Below the pieces are notes generated by a model. The model was given only the letters and a program-made list of their open reading frames with translations, made no database searches and had not been told where the DNA came from. Position numbers and translations under genes: made by a program. DNA of 64,000 bases, taken from IMG/VR virus record IMGVR_UViG_3300032285_003860; one strand, written 5' to 3'. The stretch is from a virus. Positions 10,021-19,918 of this stretch are shown here, in pieces; the first letter of the stretch is position 1, and each line of letters begins with the position of its first letter.

Positions 10021-10031
10021 TTGAAGATTTT

Positions 10032-12158
10032 ATGAAAAAAAAGAATAAAAAGATAGATAATTTGCAAATGACCGGATCTCACGGGGGCGAATCATCTATT
10101 GAAACAAAGAAAACAACAAAAAAGAATAAAAGCTCTGCCTCTTTGCCTGAAATGGTTTCTGAAGCTTCTGCTTCTTCATCTGGGGGCATGAGAAGAGATA
10201 TTGCTGGGAGCATAGAAAGAACAGATAGATTTGTTAATATTGATAATGGACTTGTTCCATTTAGAAATTCGAATGCGATTTATGGTCCTGCTAGTTCAAC
10301 TGTTGACATTCGTGATGCAGTTATTCTTTGTCAAAAATGCTATTGGAACTATGCTCTTTTTCGTAACATCATTGATTTGATGACAGAATTTTCCGTAGAT
10401 GATATTTACTACAAAGGTGGAAGCAAACAGTCTCGTTCTTTTTTTCAAGCTTTATTTTCAAAAATTAATATTTGGGACCTGCAAGACAAATTTTTTAGAG
10501 AATACTATCGCAGCGGAAATGTATTCATTTATCGTTTTGACGCAGATGTAGAAACAAAAGATATTAAAAAGCTTGTTCAGAGTGTTGCTTCCAAAAAGGA
10601 ATTTGGAGATCCAGTTATGGATCAAAACCAACCTTTATTAACTAATAAAAATAAAATTAAAGGAGATCCTGCTCTTGATAACGGCGACCAGATGGGATAT
10701 CCAACTGGTTATCCAAAAGGTCAAAGCGGCAATAATAATCCATTACTCGATGATACTCCAATGAAGTTGGAGGTGGAGCCAATGAAGATGCCAGCAAGAT
10801 ATATTATCTTAAATCCTGCTGACATTAATATGTTGGGTACAGCAAATTTCTCTTATGGTATTTATTATAAAGTTTTGACGGAGTATGAAGTTTCAAGACT
10901 TCGCAATCTTCAAACAGAAGAGGATATCGAAGTATTTAATAGTTTACCTAAATTCACTCAAGATCAAATTAAAGCTGGTGTTCGTAGCGTTTATATTCCT
11001 CTTGATACTAAAAAAGTAAAAATTGTTTTCTACAAGAAACAAGACTATGAACCTTTTGCTGTGCCAATGGGTTATCCAGTATTAGAAGATATTAATGCAA
11101 AAATTGAAATGCGTCGTATTGATATGGCTATCACCAGAACAATGCAACAAATTGTTCTTCTTGTTACGGCTGGAACAGAGCCTGATAAGGGTGGCATCAA
11201 TCAAAAAAACTTAGATGCTTTAAAGGGTATCTTTGCAAATCAATCCGTTGGAAGAGTATTGGTTGCAGACTATACTACAAAAGCAGAATTTGTTGTTCCG
11301 AAAATTGCAGAACTTCTTGATCCAAAAAAATATGAGATTATTGATAAAGATATTAACATTGGATTAAATAACGTATTCATGGGCGGGGAAAAGTTTGCAA
11401 ACCAACAAAACAAAATGGATATATTTGTTAAGCGTTTGGAGCAAGCAAAGATGGCGTTTTTGAATAACTTTTTAATTCCAGAGATAAAAAGAATTTCTAA
11501 ATCTCTTGGTTTTAAAAATTGTCCTACTCCATATTACGATGATCAAAACTTCATTGACGATGTATCTTATACCAAGATTTATTCTCATTTGATTGATATT
11601 GGTATTCTTACTCCCGAACAAGGAATTGAAGCGATTCAAACCAATCGTCTGCCAGAAGCTGATGCAGATGAAATGGAAGAGAGACAAAGAAATTATAAAA
11701 AATTAAGGGATCAAGGATTATATACTCCGTTAATTGGCGGACAAAAACAGCAAGAGGCTGGTCGTCCACAAGGTTCAACAGGTATTCCACAATCAACCAA
11801 AAAGATTTCTCCCATTGGTTCAAAAGCCAGCGAAGAAAAGCCAAAGACAAACTTTAGTTTAATGAAGTTAAAAGATAATATGATTCTTTCTCAGGGTATT
11901 GAAAAAGAAATTTCAAGCTTTTTAAAGAAAAAATATAAAATCAAAAAACTTTCAGAATCTCAAGCATCTGTGGCAAATGATATTCTCAATGTTATTTTGG
12001 CTAATGAAGAGCCCGAAAATTGGGAAAAAACCGTGCAAGAATATTGCGAAAATCCCATTGATAAAAATCAATCAAGAGTAAATAAAGTTCTTGCCGTTGG
12101 AGCAGAACATCAGGTTGATACTTATATGGCTGGATTGCTATATTCTAGCAGAATATAA
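10032..12158 (+). CDS. portal protein
   Basis: 708 aa, downstream of terL; FRNIIDLMTEFS and FFREYYRSGNVFIY portal-like helices, PFAVPMGYPVL, C-terminal GRPQG. Confidence 0.8.
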   Translation: MKKKNKKIDNLQMTGSHGGESSIETKKTTKKNKSSASLPEMVSEASASSSGGMRRDIAGSIERTDRFVNIDNGLVPFRNSNAIYGPASSTVDIRDAVILCQKCYWNYALFRNIIDLMTEFSVDDIYYKGGSKQSRSFFQALFSKINIWDLQDKFFREYYRSGNVFIYRFDADVETKDIKKLVQSVASKKEFGDPVMDQNQPLLTNKNKIKGDPALDNGDQMGYPTGYPKGQSGNNNPLLDDTPMKLEVEPMKMPARYIILNPADINMLGTANFSYGIYYKVLTEYEVSRLRNLQTEEDIEVFNSLPKFTQDQIKAGVRSVYIPLDTKKVKIVFYKKQDYEPFAVPMGYPVLEDINAKIEMRRIDMAITRTMQQIVLLVTAGTEPDKGGINQKNLDALKGIFANQSVGRVLVADYTTKAEFVVPKIAELLDPKKYEIIDKDINIGLNNVFMGGEKFANQQNKMDIFVKRLEQAKMAFLNNFLIPEIKRISKSLGFKNCPTPYYDDQNFIDDVSYTKIYSHLIDIGILTPEQGIEAIQTNRLPEADADEMEERQRNYKKLRDQGLYTPLIGGQKQQEAGRPQGSTGIPQSTKKISPIGSKASEEKPKTNFSLMKLKDNMILSQGIEKEISSFLKKKYKIKKLSESQASVANDILNVILANEEPENWEKTVQEYCENPIDKNQSRVNKVLAVGAEHQVDTYMAGLLYSSRI

Positions 12159-12161
12159 AAA

Positions 12162-12911
12162 ATGTCCTTTGGAACTTTTGGTTTATTTAACTTTTTCCAA
12201 CAACCCAAAACTGGAAAAACTCCACAACCAACTAGTTTAACAAACGAAGACATTGCCGCAATTGTTGCTGGTACAAATCATGGTGGGGCAGTGGCTGATT
12301 TTAATTGGCCATTTCCCTATGTACTCACCAATACTCCAGCAATTATCATATCTAATCAAGCCAATCCTCGTATTCCATTATATTCAGATAGTTATCTTGG
12401 CTTAAGATATGCAAAAATTAGTAATGACTTTTCTGGATCTTTTTATAAAGATTACGAATACGCAAATATTTCTTCTGATTTTCGTGGAATTTTTTGGCCA
12501 AATGGTGATGGAACACAAACCGCTCAAATTAATTTTTCTGGTTATGTAACTGGTTCTCCGTTTGATAATTACCAAAATTACATGATTCTTTCTGGAGATA
12601 TTGTTTCATCGGCACCAGATTCTCCAAATCAATATTTTGTCTTTTCTGGAGATTTTGTTAGTGGTCAGCCAGATGCAAATTTATTAAATACAATTGTTTC
12701 AGGATCTTTTTCTGGTATTCAATTTGACCAATCAAGTATTTTTTCATCATTAAGTGGTTCGTTTTATCCAGTTAATCAAGATAAAGCTAATATTTTATAT
12801 AATTTGTCTAGTTTTTCAGTAAAATACAATACAGAACTATTACAGCTTTCTGGTCAAGATGATTGTAATATCTATTATAATCTTTATGGATTTACTGTTA
12901 GCCAAAGATAA
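12162..12911 (+). CDS. putative virion protein with imperfect ~18-aa (F/L)SG repeats
   Basis: periodic FSG/LSG...D pattern; located in head module. Confidence 0.6.
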   Translation: MSFGTFGLFNFFQQPKTGKTPQPTSLTNEDIAAIVAGTNHGGAVADFNWPFPYVLTNTPAIIISNQANPRIPLYSDSYLGLRYAKISNDFSGSFYKDYEYANISSDFRGIFWPNGDGTQTAQINFSGYVTGSPFDNYQNYMILSGDIVSSAPDSPNQYFVFSGDFVSGQPDANLLNTIVSGSFSGIQFDQSSIFSSLSGSFYPVNQDKANILYNLSSFSVKYNTELLQLSGQDDCNIYYNLYGFTVSQR

Positions 12912-12920
12912 TTATAATAA

Positions 12921-12927
12921 GTGTAAT
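12921..12927 (+). promoter_or_regulatory. GTGTAAT candidate late promoter
   Basis: 14 nt before ATG 12935. Confidence 0.72.
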
Positions 12928-12934
12928 AAAAATA

Positions 12935-15628
12935 ATGAAATCAAGTTTAAATTGTGGAATAAAGGGTGCTTATAAGGTAGATTTATATAAAGGCGCTGGA
13001 AAAAACAGAGAATTTGTAGAAACTACCGAATGGTTTGACAATGATATTACCAACGTCGGGCTAAATTACCCATATTATTATCCATTTGCAAGTTGTTTCA
13101 TGTTTTTGTCTTTGGGTTCTGGGGCAGGTGGAAACAATGGAAACAGACAAAATTCTACAGGTTTAAATTTACCAAACAAAGGTTTTCCAGTTTTTAGCAA
13201 TATATATACAGGAGTTCCTCCAGCAGGTTACCCCACTGGAACTTATATTCAAAGCGGTCAATATATTGGATGGCAAGGTTATGAAATTGGTGGAGTTCAT
13301 AACGGCGGAAATTCAACAACAAGTTTAGCACAATCAACTTGCGGAACAAAATTTACTCCAAGTGGTATTAATTTTTATAGAGGTTGGACTATTCCTACTG
13401 GGGCGCAGCCAACCGAAGGAGCAGAAACTATTGCTGATCCAAATGGATTAGTTATACAGGGATTGATGGTGTCTCCTTCTAGTGGTACAGATGCAACAGG
13501 AAAATATGCATTTAGTCTTGTGGACAGAAGCATTACTATTCCAAGTGGATATACTGCAACAATTACTTATAATCTAAGTTTAAATTTTCAAGATTACGCA
13601 AATTCATATACATTCTTTTCTGGAATTTATGGAGGAGCCAATGGATATTTTAATACTGGAAATGCCTATTCTGGAATCAATAATTCGGAGCTTTCATTAT
13701 TGTCGGGATGGAGCAAACTTTCTGGTTTTTATAGAATGCTTTTCCCAGGCATAAACTTTGTTAATTATTGGGGAGGAGTCGAATCTTCTTCTGATAGAGG
13801 AAATGAATTAGAGCCTTATATTATACAATGTTTAAAGACTTGTTTTTATTTGTCGCCAGACATTGCGCAATTTGCCGTTAATAAATTTGGTCCACAAAAT
13901 CCAACTTATTTAACTGGAGAATCTCAAGCATATAATTCAAATGGCCTTGCTGGAAATTATTTTGAATCTGTATCAACAGCTCAAAATAATGGACAAGATG
14001 CTTCTTTACAATTGGATAGCGATGCAACTGCTGGAACAGTTTTTGGTACCCCAAATGATTATTATTATAATATAAAATCTTTAGCCCAGACAGCAAAAAT
14101 TTATCCAAATCTTCCTGCTAAAAATATAAGATTAACAAATACAACAGACATAGCTAATTATTCTGGATCAGTTGCCACTGGATCAAATGGTTCTGCATTG
14201 TTTTACAATAAAACATTCCTCAATGCAAGAAGCGCCTCAATTGATTTTGCAACGCCAGGAAAAAACGGATTCAATGATTCGTTGTATCCTAATTATGGAA
14301 ATATTTCAGTGTACTCTTCAATGTTAAGAAGAACTCCAATTCCTGTTGGAGGAGTATTGGCTAATACGGGGACTTCTGATGCAAATCCAAAAAGAGATAA
14401 AAAAATAACTAAATCTGCTTTATTTTCTCCCATTCAATCTTTGGGATATAATAGTAGGTTTTCAAGTTTAACATTAGGATACGGTTTACCACAAATTAAT
14501 TCTATACCATCAATTTATCCATATGTGGATTTTCTTTTCTTGGATTCTTCTGGTAGAGCAGCAGATATGCCTCACTATCGTTTGATTCCTGATATATATT
14601 TAACAAATCGCGGAACAGGAGTAGCTCAAGCAATTTTCTCTATCACAGGATCAGATGGTAAACAAATAAATTCTGCAAATAGATTTTCTAAAGCTTATGC
14701 TTTCATGGGTACAGGAGTAGATTATAATTCTTCTGGAATAGATATTATTAATAATTCAATGATTAATAGTAATAGTATTCTAGATACAAATAGTAGTTTT
14801 GTGCCTCCTGGTGCAAAACCTACTGGTTATCTTTTTCCTGGTCAAGTAATAAATTCAAACGTTAGCGGAAGCAACTCTTTTAATAATTATACTGGTTGGG
14901 GCGCAGTTTATGGTGTCGTTGGAAGTTCTGGATTTTATCAAAGTTTATATGATGCGTGTTTAATTGATTACGCTGCAAAACCTTGGCAAAATGGAAACTG
15001 GAGCGGATTCTCTGGAGACAATGGATTAAATTCTTATCCAAATGAAACTGGGGATCAATCAAAATTATTCTGGCCAATTAAACAAAGTGGAATTGGGTTA
15101 GCTATTTCTGGAATGCAATATTATTCACCTTATTTTAATACGATATTAAGCGATCCAAATGATGATTATGTTATAAAATCTGGGGCACAATATTTATTTG
15201 ATGTCACCGGAAGCAATGGGGCGTCTTTAATTGGGACGGCAAGCGTTTTTTCCGCTGTATTTCAAAGCGGGACAAAAGGTATAACTATTGCTTCGCTTGG
15301 TAATCCTATTACTGGATACGCTTTACGTTATCCAAGTTTTGCCGCATTAACTGGCTCCGGTTTAAACGCTATACAAATTTCTGCATTCAATAGTGGATCA
15401 TATAATATTTCTCCAACTAGATGGTCAAAACCATCAGGGGTAATTCATCATGTTGAATCACTTAAAATTGGTTCATCGCAAACTGGATATAGATTGTTAC
15501 CAAATTATGCTCTTCCAAACAATAATCAAGTTAATAATTATTCTCCTGTTATAGGCGGGGCATATCCTGCGTTGAGTATGCAAAATGGATTGCAAGTTTA
15601 TTTTGACTTCATTTGGTCTGGAGCATGA
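12935..15628 (+). CDS. large putative virion protein (paralogue of downstream gene)
   Basis: 897 aa, G/S/N/T/Y rich; N-terminus W.DN.ITN.G..YPY...FA.CF.FLS.GSG shared with next gene. Confidence 0.7.
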   Translation: MKSSLNCGIKGAYKVDLYKGAGKNREFVETTEWFDNDITNVGLNYPYYYPFASCFMFLSLGSGAGGNNGNRQNSTGLNLPNKGFPVFSNIYTGVPPAGYPTGTYIQSGQYIGWQGYEIGGVHNGGNSTTSLAQSTCGTKFTPSGINFYRGWTIPTGAQPTEGAETIADPNGLVIQGLMVSPSSGTDATGKYAFSLVDRSITIPSGYTATITYNLSLNFQDYANSYTFFSGIYGGANGYFNTGNAYSGINNSELSLLSGWSKLSGFYRMLFPGINFVNYWGGVESSSDRGNELEPYIIQCLKTCFYLSPDIAQFAVNKFGPQNPTYLTGESQAYNSNGLAGNYFESVSTAQNNGQDASLQLDSDATAGTVFGTPNDYYYNIKSLAQTAKIYPNLPAKNIRLTNTTDIANYSGSVATGSNGSALFYNKTFLNARSASIDFATPGKNGFNDSLYPNYGNISVYSSMLRRTPIPVGGVLANTGTSDANPKRDKKITKSALFSPIQSLGYNSRFSSLTLGYGLPQINSIPSIYPYVDFLFLDSSGRAADMPHYRLIPDIYLTNRGTGVAQAIFSITGSDGKQINSANRFSKAYAFMGTGVDYNSSGIDIINNSMINSNSILDTNSSFVPPGAKPTGYLFPGQVINSNVSGSNSFNNYTGWGAVYGVVGSSGFYQSLYDACLIDYAAKPWQNGNWSGFSGDNGLNSYPNETGDQSKLFWPIKQSGIGLAISGMQYYSPYFNTILSDPNDDYVIKSGAQYLFDVTGSNGASLIGTASVFSAVFQSGTKGITIASLGNPITGYALRYPSFAALTGSGLNAIQISAFNSGSYNISPTRWSKPSGVIHHVESLKIGSSQTGYRLLPNYALPNNNQVNNYSPVIGGAYPALSMQNGLQVYFDFIWSGA

Positions 15629-15629
15629 T

Positions 15630-17318
15630 ATGTATTCAAGGAATTTAAAACTCCATGGTCAATTCAAATTTGAGCTTTATGATTTAAATAAAAATTTAAT
15701 AAAGTCTTCCGATTGGATTGATAATTTTATAACAAATAGCGGAGTATCTTATCCTTATAGTTTTGCATTTGCCGACTGTTTTCGTTTCTTGAGCGTGGGT
15801 AGTGGAACAACGCAAAATTCCGTTAATGCATCTTCTCCTCTTGTTATTCCAGTGACTACTGGATTATCAATTCCAATTCCAAAATATTCATACATTGGAA
15901 GCAGAACAGGCTTATCTGATCCCTCTTCGAGTAATTATTCTAGCTGCGGATTTTTAGAAAATCCAAGCGGAGTAACTCTTATGAGACAATGGACTTTGCC
16001 AGACAATAAAGGAAGTTATTTTACTGGAGCAGATTCTTTTTATGAATTTATGGTAAGCCCAGGAAGACCATATGTCACTGGGTTATTAGGAAGAAAATTT
16101 TGTGGCTGCGAAGATTTTGATAATTATGCTACGGGATTAGATTGCTCTACAGTTCCACAATATTATAGATGGGCATCTAATTATTACAAAACAAATAATC
16201 CATCGGCAAAACAAAAATTAAAAATGTGTGATGCAGACAAGGCATTTGCACGAGTAAAATTAGATGCGCCATTTAATGTTGTTGAGAATAGTGTTTTAAA
16301 TATAGCTTATCAATTAAATGTAATTGTTGATACAGGTATAAATTTTAGCACACTATCTGGACCAAATAATTTAGTTGACCCAAATTGGAATTCTAATTTA
16401 AATTTATATAGTCGAATTTGTCAAATGGGCGTTAAATTAATAAATGATGGCACGCAAAGCTCCAAAGGCCCAACAAATCAAGATAGATTGCAGCACTATG
16501 ATTATACTGGATATAACACTGCTGACAATGAAGAGAAATATAGTTTCCTTCACGAATATGGAGAATCTTTTATTCCTCCATTGGGAATGGGATTGGAGCC
16601 ATCTAATATATATTTAAACGCAGTAAATACAAATACCCAAATGTATCTTGCTGATGATAATAGACAATTTTTAGTTAGTTCTTCGGGAGGACCCATTAAA
16701 AATACAGGAGACTATGCTCCTTGGAATAATTCAAAACCAAGTATATATCCAATAAATAGTGGGCTAATGGGATTCTTTAATAATAATAGAGATATTATTT
16801 TTGATACAAGTTATTGGAATAACTATGTTAATAATTTTAATATAAGAAGAGGTTCGGGTACTTCTCCATCAACTGGAAATGTAGCAATTTCTATTAATGC
16901 AAGCGGTAATTATTACGACGCAAGAACTCAATCCATTCCAACTTTTAGCACCTCCGGAACAAGAGGAGCAAATGTTCTTTATTCTTATATTTTTGACAGC
17001 TATGCTGGTGCAAAACCGTTGTACACAAAAAATATAGTTGTTGCTTACAAAGAATTGGATCTTTCTTCATTATCAATAGATTCTGACCCAAACTCTTTGA
17101 TACCATTTTTTGATTCAATTTTATCGGGAACAGGAACAGCTTTTATACCAAATATTGTAACTGGAATAGTTACAGGTGTCCCATCTGCAAGCGCATATAT
17201 TTCTGGAAGCAATAACCAAGATTATTATTATGTATCTAATGCTTCTGCAAGTGCATATCCAAAATTTTCGAGTTTATTAGGTTGGTCTGTTCCTTGTGAA
17301 GGAGCAAATGGTTGTTAA
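15630..17318 (+). CDS. putative virion protein (paralogue of upstream gene)
   Basis: start moved to ATG 15630, right after the upstream stop; shares N-terminal domain with 12935. Confidence 0.7.
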   Translation: MYSRNLKLHGQFKFELYDLNKNLIKSSDWIDNFITNSGVSYPYSFAFADCFRFLSVGSGTTQNSVNASSPLVIPVTTGLSIPIPKYSYIGSRTGLSDPSSSNYSSCGFLENPSGVTLMRQWTLPDNKGSYFTGADSFYEFMVSPGRPYVTGLLGRKFCGCEDFDNYATGLDCSTVPQYYRWASNYYKTNNPSAKQKLKMCDADKAFARVKLDAPFNVVENSVLNIAYQLNVIVDTGINFSTLSGPNNLVDPNWNSNLNLYSRICQMGVKLINDGTQSSKGPTNQDRLQHYDYTGYNTADNEEKYSFLHEYGESFIPPLGMGLEPSNIYLNAVNTNTQMYLADDNRQFLVSSSGGPIKNTGDYAPWNNSKPSIYPINSGLMGFFNNNRDIIFDTSYWNNYVNNFNIRRGSGTSPSTGNVAISINASGNYYDARTQSIPTFSTSGTRGANVLYSYIFDSYAGAKPLYTKNIVVAYKELDLSSLSIDSDPNSLIPFFDSILSGTGTAFIPNIVTGIVTGVPSASAYISGSNNQDYYYVSNASASAYPKFSSLLGWSVPCEGANGC

Positions 17319-17334
17319 TTTTTCTAATTTTTAA

Positions 17335-17341
17335 GTGTAAT
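17335..17341 (+). promoter_or_regulatory. GTGTAAT candidate late promoter
   Basis: 14 nt before ATG 17349. Confidence 0.72.
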
Positions 17342-17348
17342 TTTAATT

Positions 17349-17654
17349 ATGAATAAAACAGATAACGAAATAGATTTAATTGGTAATTTTAAAATAACGG
17401 CGAGCGATTCTGAGACTCCCATAACAATGGCTAAATCTCAATTGGCTGCAATTGCTGCAAAATCAGACAAGATTTTAGAAGCCTTGAATAAAATCCCAGG
17501 AGTAGAAGAAAAAATCAATGAGCCATGGTTATTTGCCAAAATTACTATTGCCGAGAATTACGTTAATACAGTTCTTAGTTATTTAATGTATCATGGTGAA
17601 GACCAGCATAAAGAATTTCATAATTTGCCAACTACTGAAGACAAAAAAGTGTAA
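17349..17654 (+). CDS. small helical protein, possible internal head protein
   Basis: MAKSQL...WLFAKITIAENYV..V..YL helical hairpin; directly before protease. Confidence 0.6.
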   Translation: MNKTDNEIDLIGNFKITASDSETPITMAKSQLAAIAAKSDKILEALNKIPGVEEKINEPWLFAKITIAENYVNTVLSYLMYHGEDQHKEFHNLPTTEDKKV

Positions 17655-17655
17655 T
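17649..17655 (+). promoter_or_regulatory. GTGTAAT candidate late promoter overlapping upstream stop codon
   Basis: 16 nt before ATG 17665; reads GTG TAA in the upstream gene. Confidence 0.68.
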
Positions 17656-17664
17656 TAATAAGGT

Positions 17665-19257
17665 ATGCTGACCAAAAAATTACCATTTTTAAGTAGTTTT
17701 TCTTCTGTTATTAAGCCAATGGTTTCAGAGGAAAAGGATAAGTTACTTGCTATCGCTTCTTTGCAAGAATTAAAAAATTTTATTCCAGACATTGACACAG
17801 AAAAACATATTGATTTGTTACCTATTGCTTTTGATGCGTGCGTAATCAATCGTCCAAATAAAAATGGAGATATGATTGATACTGAAACAGCATTGGCTAT
17901 TTATAAAAACTTTGTTAATAAATTTATTGATACAGAACATAATCGTCAAAAAGTTATTGGCGTAATCCTCTCTGCCTCACTTAGCGAATTTGGAACAAAT
18001 CGTCTTCTTGCAGAGCAAGAAGTTATTGGTACAAAAGAACCATTCAATATTACTTTGGGCGGCATTCTTTGGAAGGCTGTCAATGGAGACTTGTGCGATT
18101 TAGTAGAAGATTCAAATGACCCAACCTCAACCAATTACATGGCTGTTTCGGCCAGTTGGGAATTGGGTTTTTCTGATTATGACATTGCAGAAATGGGACA
18201 AGGAGAAAAGAATTTTATAACAGCAAGAATATTAACTGCTCCTGATGAAATAGAAGGGGTAAGAAAATATTTAAAAGCTCTTGGTGGTTCAGGGGTAAAA
18301 GATGGAAAATGCTATTACCGTATGCCCAAAAAAGATGTTATTCCAATGGGTATTGGCTTAACAGAAAAACCTGCGGCAGAAGTAAAAGGCGTTGCAATTG
18401 TGCAAGAAAATGTAGAAAAAGCCCCAGAAAAAACTCCAGAGATTTTGCCCCAAGAAGAGCAAAAAACTCTCGAAAATGCTTCAATCAAAGAAGAAAAAGT
18501 GGAAATTATTTCTGAAAGTAAAGAAATCATTTCACAAATGCAAGAAAATAATGTAAAAAAGGAAAGAGAATATAATATGAAAATTACGTCTATACAAGAT
18601 ATTACCGACGAAAATTTGAAACAGTGCAATGCTTCTGTTATTACAGATTTCATTGCTTCTGAACTCAAAAAGGCCAGCGAATCTTTCTCAGCCGAAAAAG
18701 CTGAAAAAGAAAATATGCTTCAAAAATTGCAAGCTCAACACGATGAGTTGAACAAAAATGTTTGTGACATGAAAGCCACCATGGAAGCTCTTTCAAAAGA
18801 AAAGAAAGACCGCGAAGACATGGACACTTTCAATGCTCGCATGAGTGACGCTTGTGCCAAATATGATTTCCCACAAGATGTTGCTAAAGTCGTTGCAGAT
18901 GATTTAAAGTCTTGCGCTGATGACAATATGTATGCTGCTTGGCAAGCCAAGGCAGACACTCTTTTCCGCCCTTACTTGAAGAAAGCCAAAGCTGAAGATA
19001 TGGCTGAAGCTTCTGCTTCTAAAATTGAAGAAGTTAAAGAAGAGAAGGCTGATGCTAAACAAGAAGAGACCAAAGCTTCTGAAGAAGTTAAAGAAGTTGC
19101 TAAAGAAGAGACGATTGCTTCTATCGTTGAAGAAGCCTTAGACAATTCTAAGCAAGAAAAAGCCAGTATGCCCAATTCTTCAAGTGCTAGTGCACCTGGA
19201 TTAAAGGAAAAGTTCAAGCAAGCTTTTGCTGAAGAAAATTTTATTGTTAGATTATAA
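17665..19257 (+). CDS. prohead protease-scaffold fusion
   Basis: N-terminal globular domain with NKNGD, DTEH (His) and VSASWEL (Ser); C-terminal acidic E/K/A coiled coil; between portal and capsid genes. Confidence 0.8.
   Translation: MLTKKLPFLSSFSSVIKPMVSEEKDKLLAIASLQELKNFIPDIDTEKHIDLLPIAFDACVINRPNKNGDMIDTETALAIYKNFVNKFIDTEHNRQKVIGVILSASLSEFGTNRLLAEQEVIGTKEPFNITLGGILWKAVNGDLCDLVEDSNDPTSTNYMAVSASWELGFSDYDIAEMGQGEKNFITARILTAPDEIEGVRKYLKALGGSGVKDGKCYYRMPKKDVIPMGIGLTEKPAAEVKGVAIVQENVEKAPEKTPEILPQEEQKTLENASIKEEKVEIISESKEIISQMQENNVKKEREYNMKITSIQDITDENLKQCNASVITDFIASELKKASESFSAEKAEKENMLQKLQAQHDELNKNVCDMKATMEALSKEKKDREDMDTFNARMSDACAKYDFPQDVAKVVADDLKSCADDNMYAAWQAKADTLFRPYLKKAKAEDMAEASASKIEEVKEEKADAKQEETKASEEVKEVAKEETIASIVEEALDNSKQEKASMPNSSSASAPGLKEKFKQAFAEENFIVRL
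18577..19257 (+). CDS. putative nested in-frame scaffolding protein (226 aa)
   Basis: in-frame Met305 preceded by ATGTAAAAAAGGAAAGAGAATATAAT; downstream part is purely coiled coil. Confidence 0.5.
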   Translation: MKITSIQDITDENLKQCNASVITDFIASELKKASESFSAEKAEKENMLQKLQAQHDELNKNVCDMKATMEALSKEKKDREDMDTFNARMSDACAKYDFPQDVAKVVADDLKSCADDNMYAAWQAKADTLFRPYLKKAKAEDMAEASASKIEEVKEEKADAKQEETKASEEVKEVAKEETIASIVEEALDNSKQEKASMPNSSSASAPGLKEKFKQAFAEENFIVRL

Positions 19258-19277
19258 ACAAAAAAAAAGGATAAATT

Positions 19278-19883
19278 ATGCCACTATTAAGACCATTCAG
19301 AGATTACAGCGAGAAAGATGTTTTGAACATCTATACATTCTCGGGACAGACCAGCACCTCCCAAATCATCAACAGGGGTACCCTTGTTCAAGTTGTTGGG
19401 CAGGGCTTCAGAAATGATAATGATCCCGTTAACATTATCGGAACTTACGGCGATTTCTCCGTAAATAACGTTCAAGCGTTGCGTTACGGAACACCAGCCC
19501 AAGTGACCTATTACGGCACTGGCACTGGCGCTGCTGCGACAAGCGGTGGTTTCCCTGGAGAATATCCACTCGGACTCACATTGTTTGATGTTCGTGAACT
19601 TGATGAAAACTTGATTCCTCTCAAGTATAATCCTCGCAAAGCTGCTGAATTGGAAGCCTGTATTTCAGGACAATCTGTTCCAGTTGTTGTGAGAGGCACA
19701 TTCCTCTACAGCGGTTTGACTGGTTCATTCAATGGTGGCGCTCCTATTTATGGCGCTGCAAATGGTACGATTACTGCACAACCCTTATCTTCTGGTACAA
19801 CAATCGTTTCTACCAAAGTTGGTATCGCCCTTGGTGCTACTGGGGTAGACGGATCTGCACTCATTCGCTTGACGTTGAACTAA
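19278..19883 (+). CDS. capsid decoration/cement protein
   Basis: 201 aa immediately before MCP; GQSVPVVVRG...VGIALG beta-tulip-like pattern; highly expressed-type codon bias. Confidence 0.65.
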   Translation: MPLLRPFRDYSEKDVLNIYTFSGQTSTSQIINRGTLVQVVGQGFRNDNDPVNIIGTYGDFSVNNVQALRYGTPAQVTYYGTGTGAAATSGGFPGEYPLGLTLFDVRELDENLIPLKYNPRKAAELEACISGQSVPVVVRGTFLYSGLTGSFNGGAPIYGAANGTITAQPLSSGTTIVSTKVGIALGATGVDGSALIRLTLN

Positions 19884-19918
19884 TTATAGGATTATAAAGA
19901 CAAAGGAGAAAATTATTT

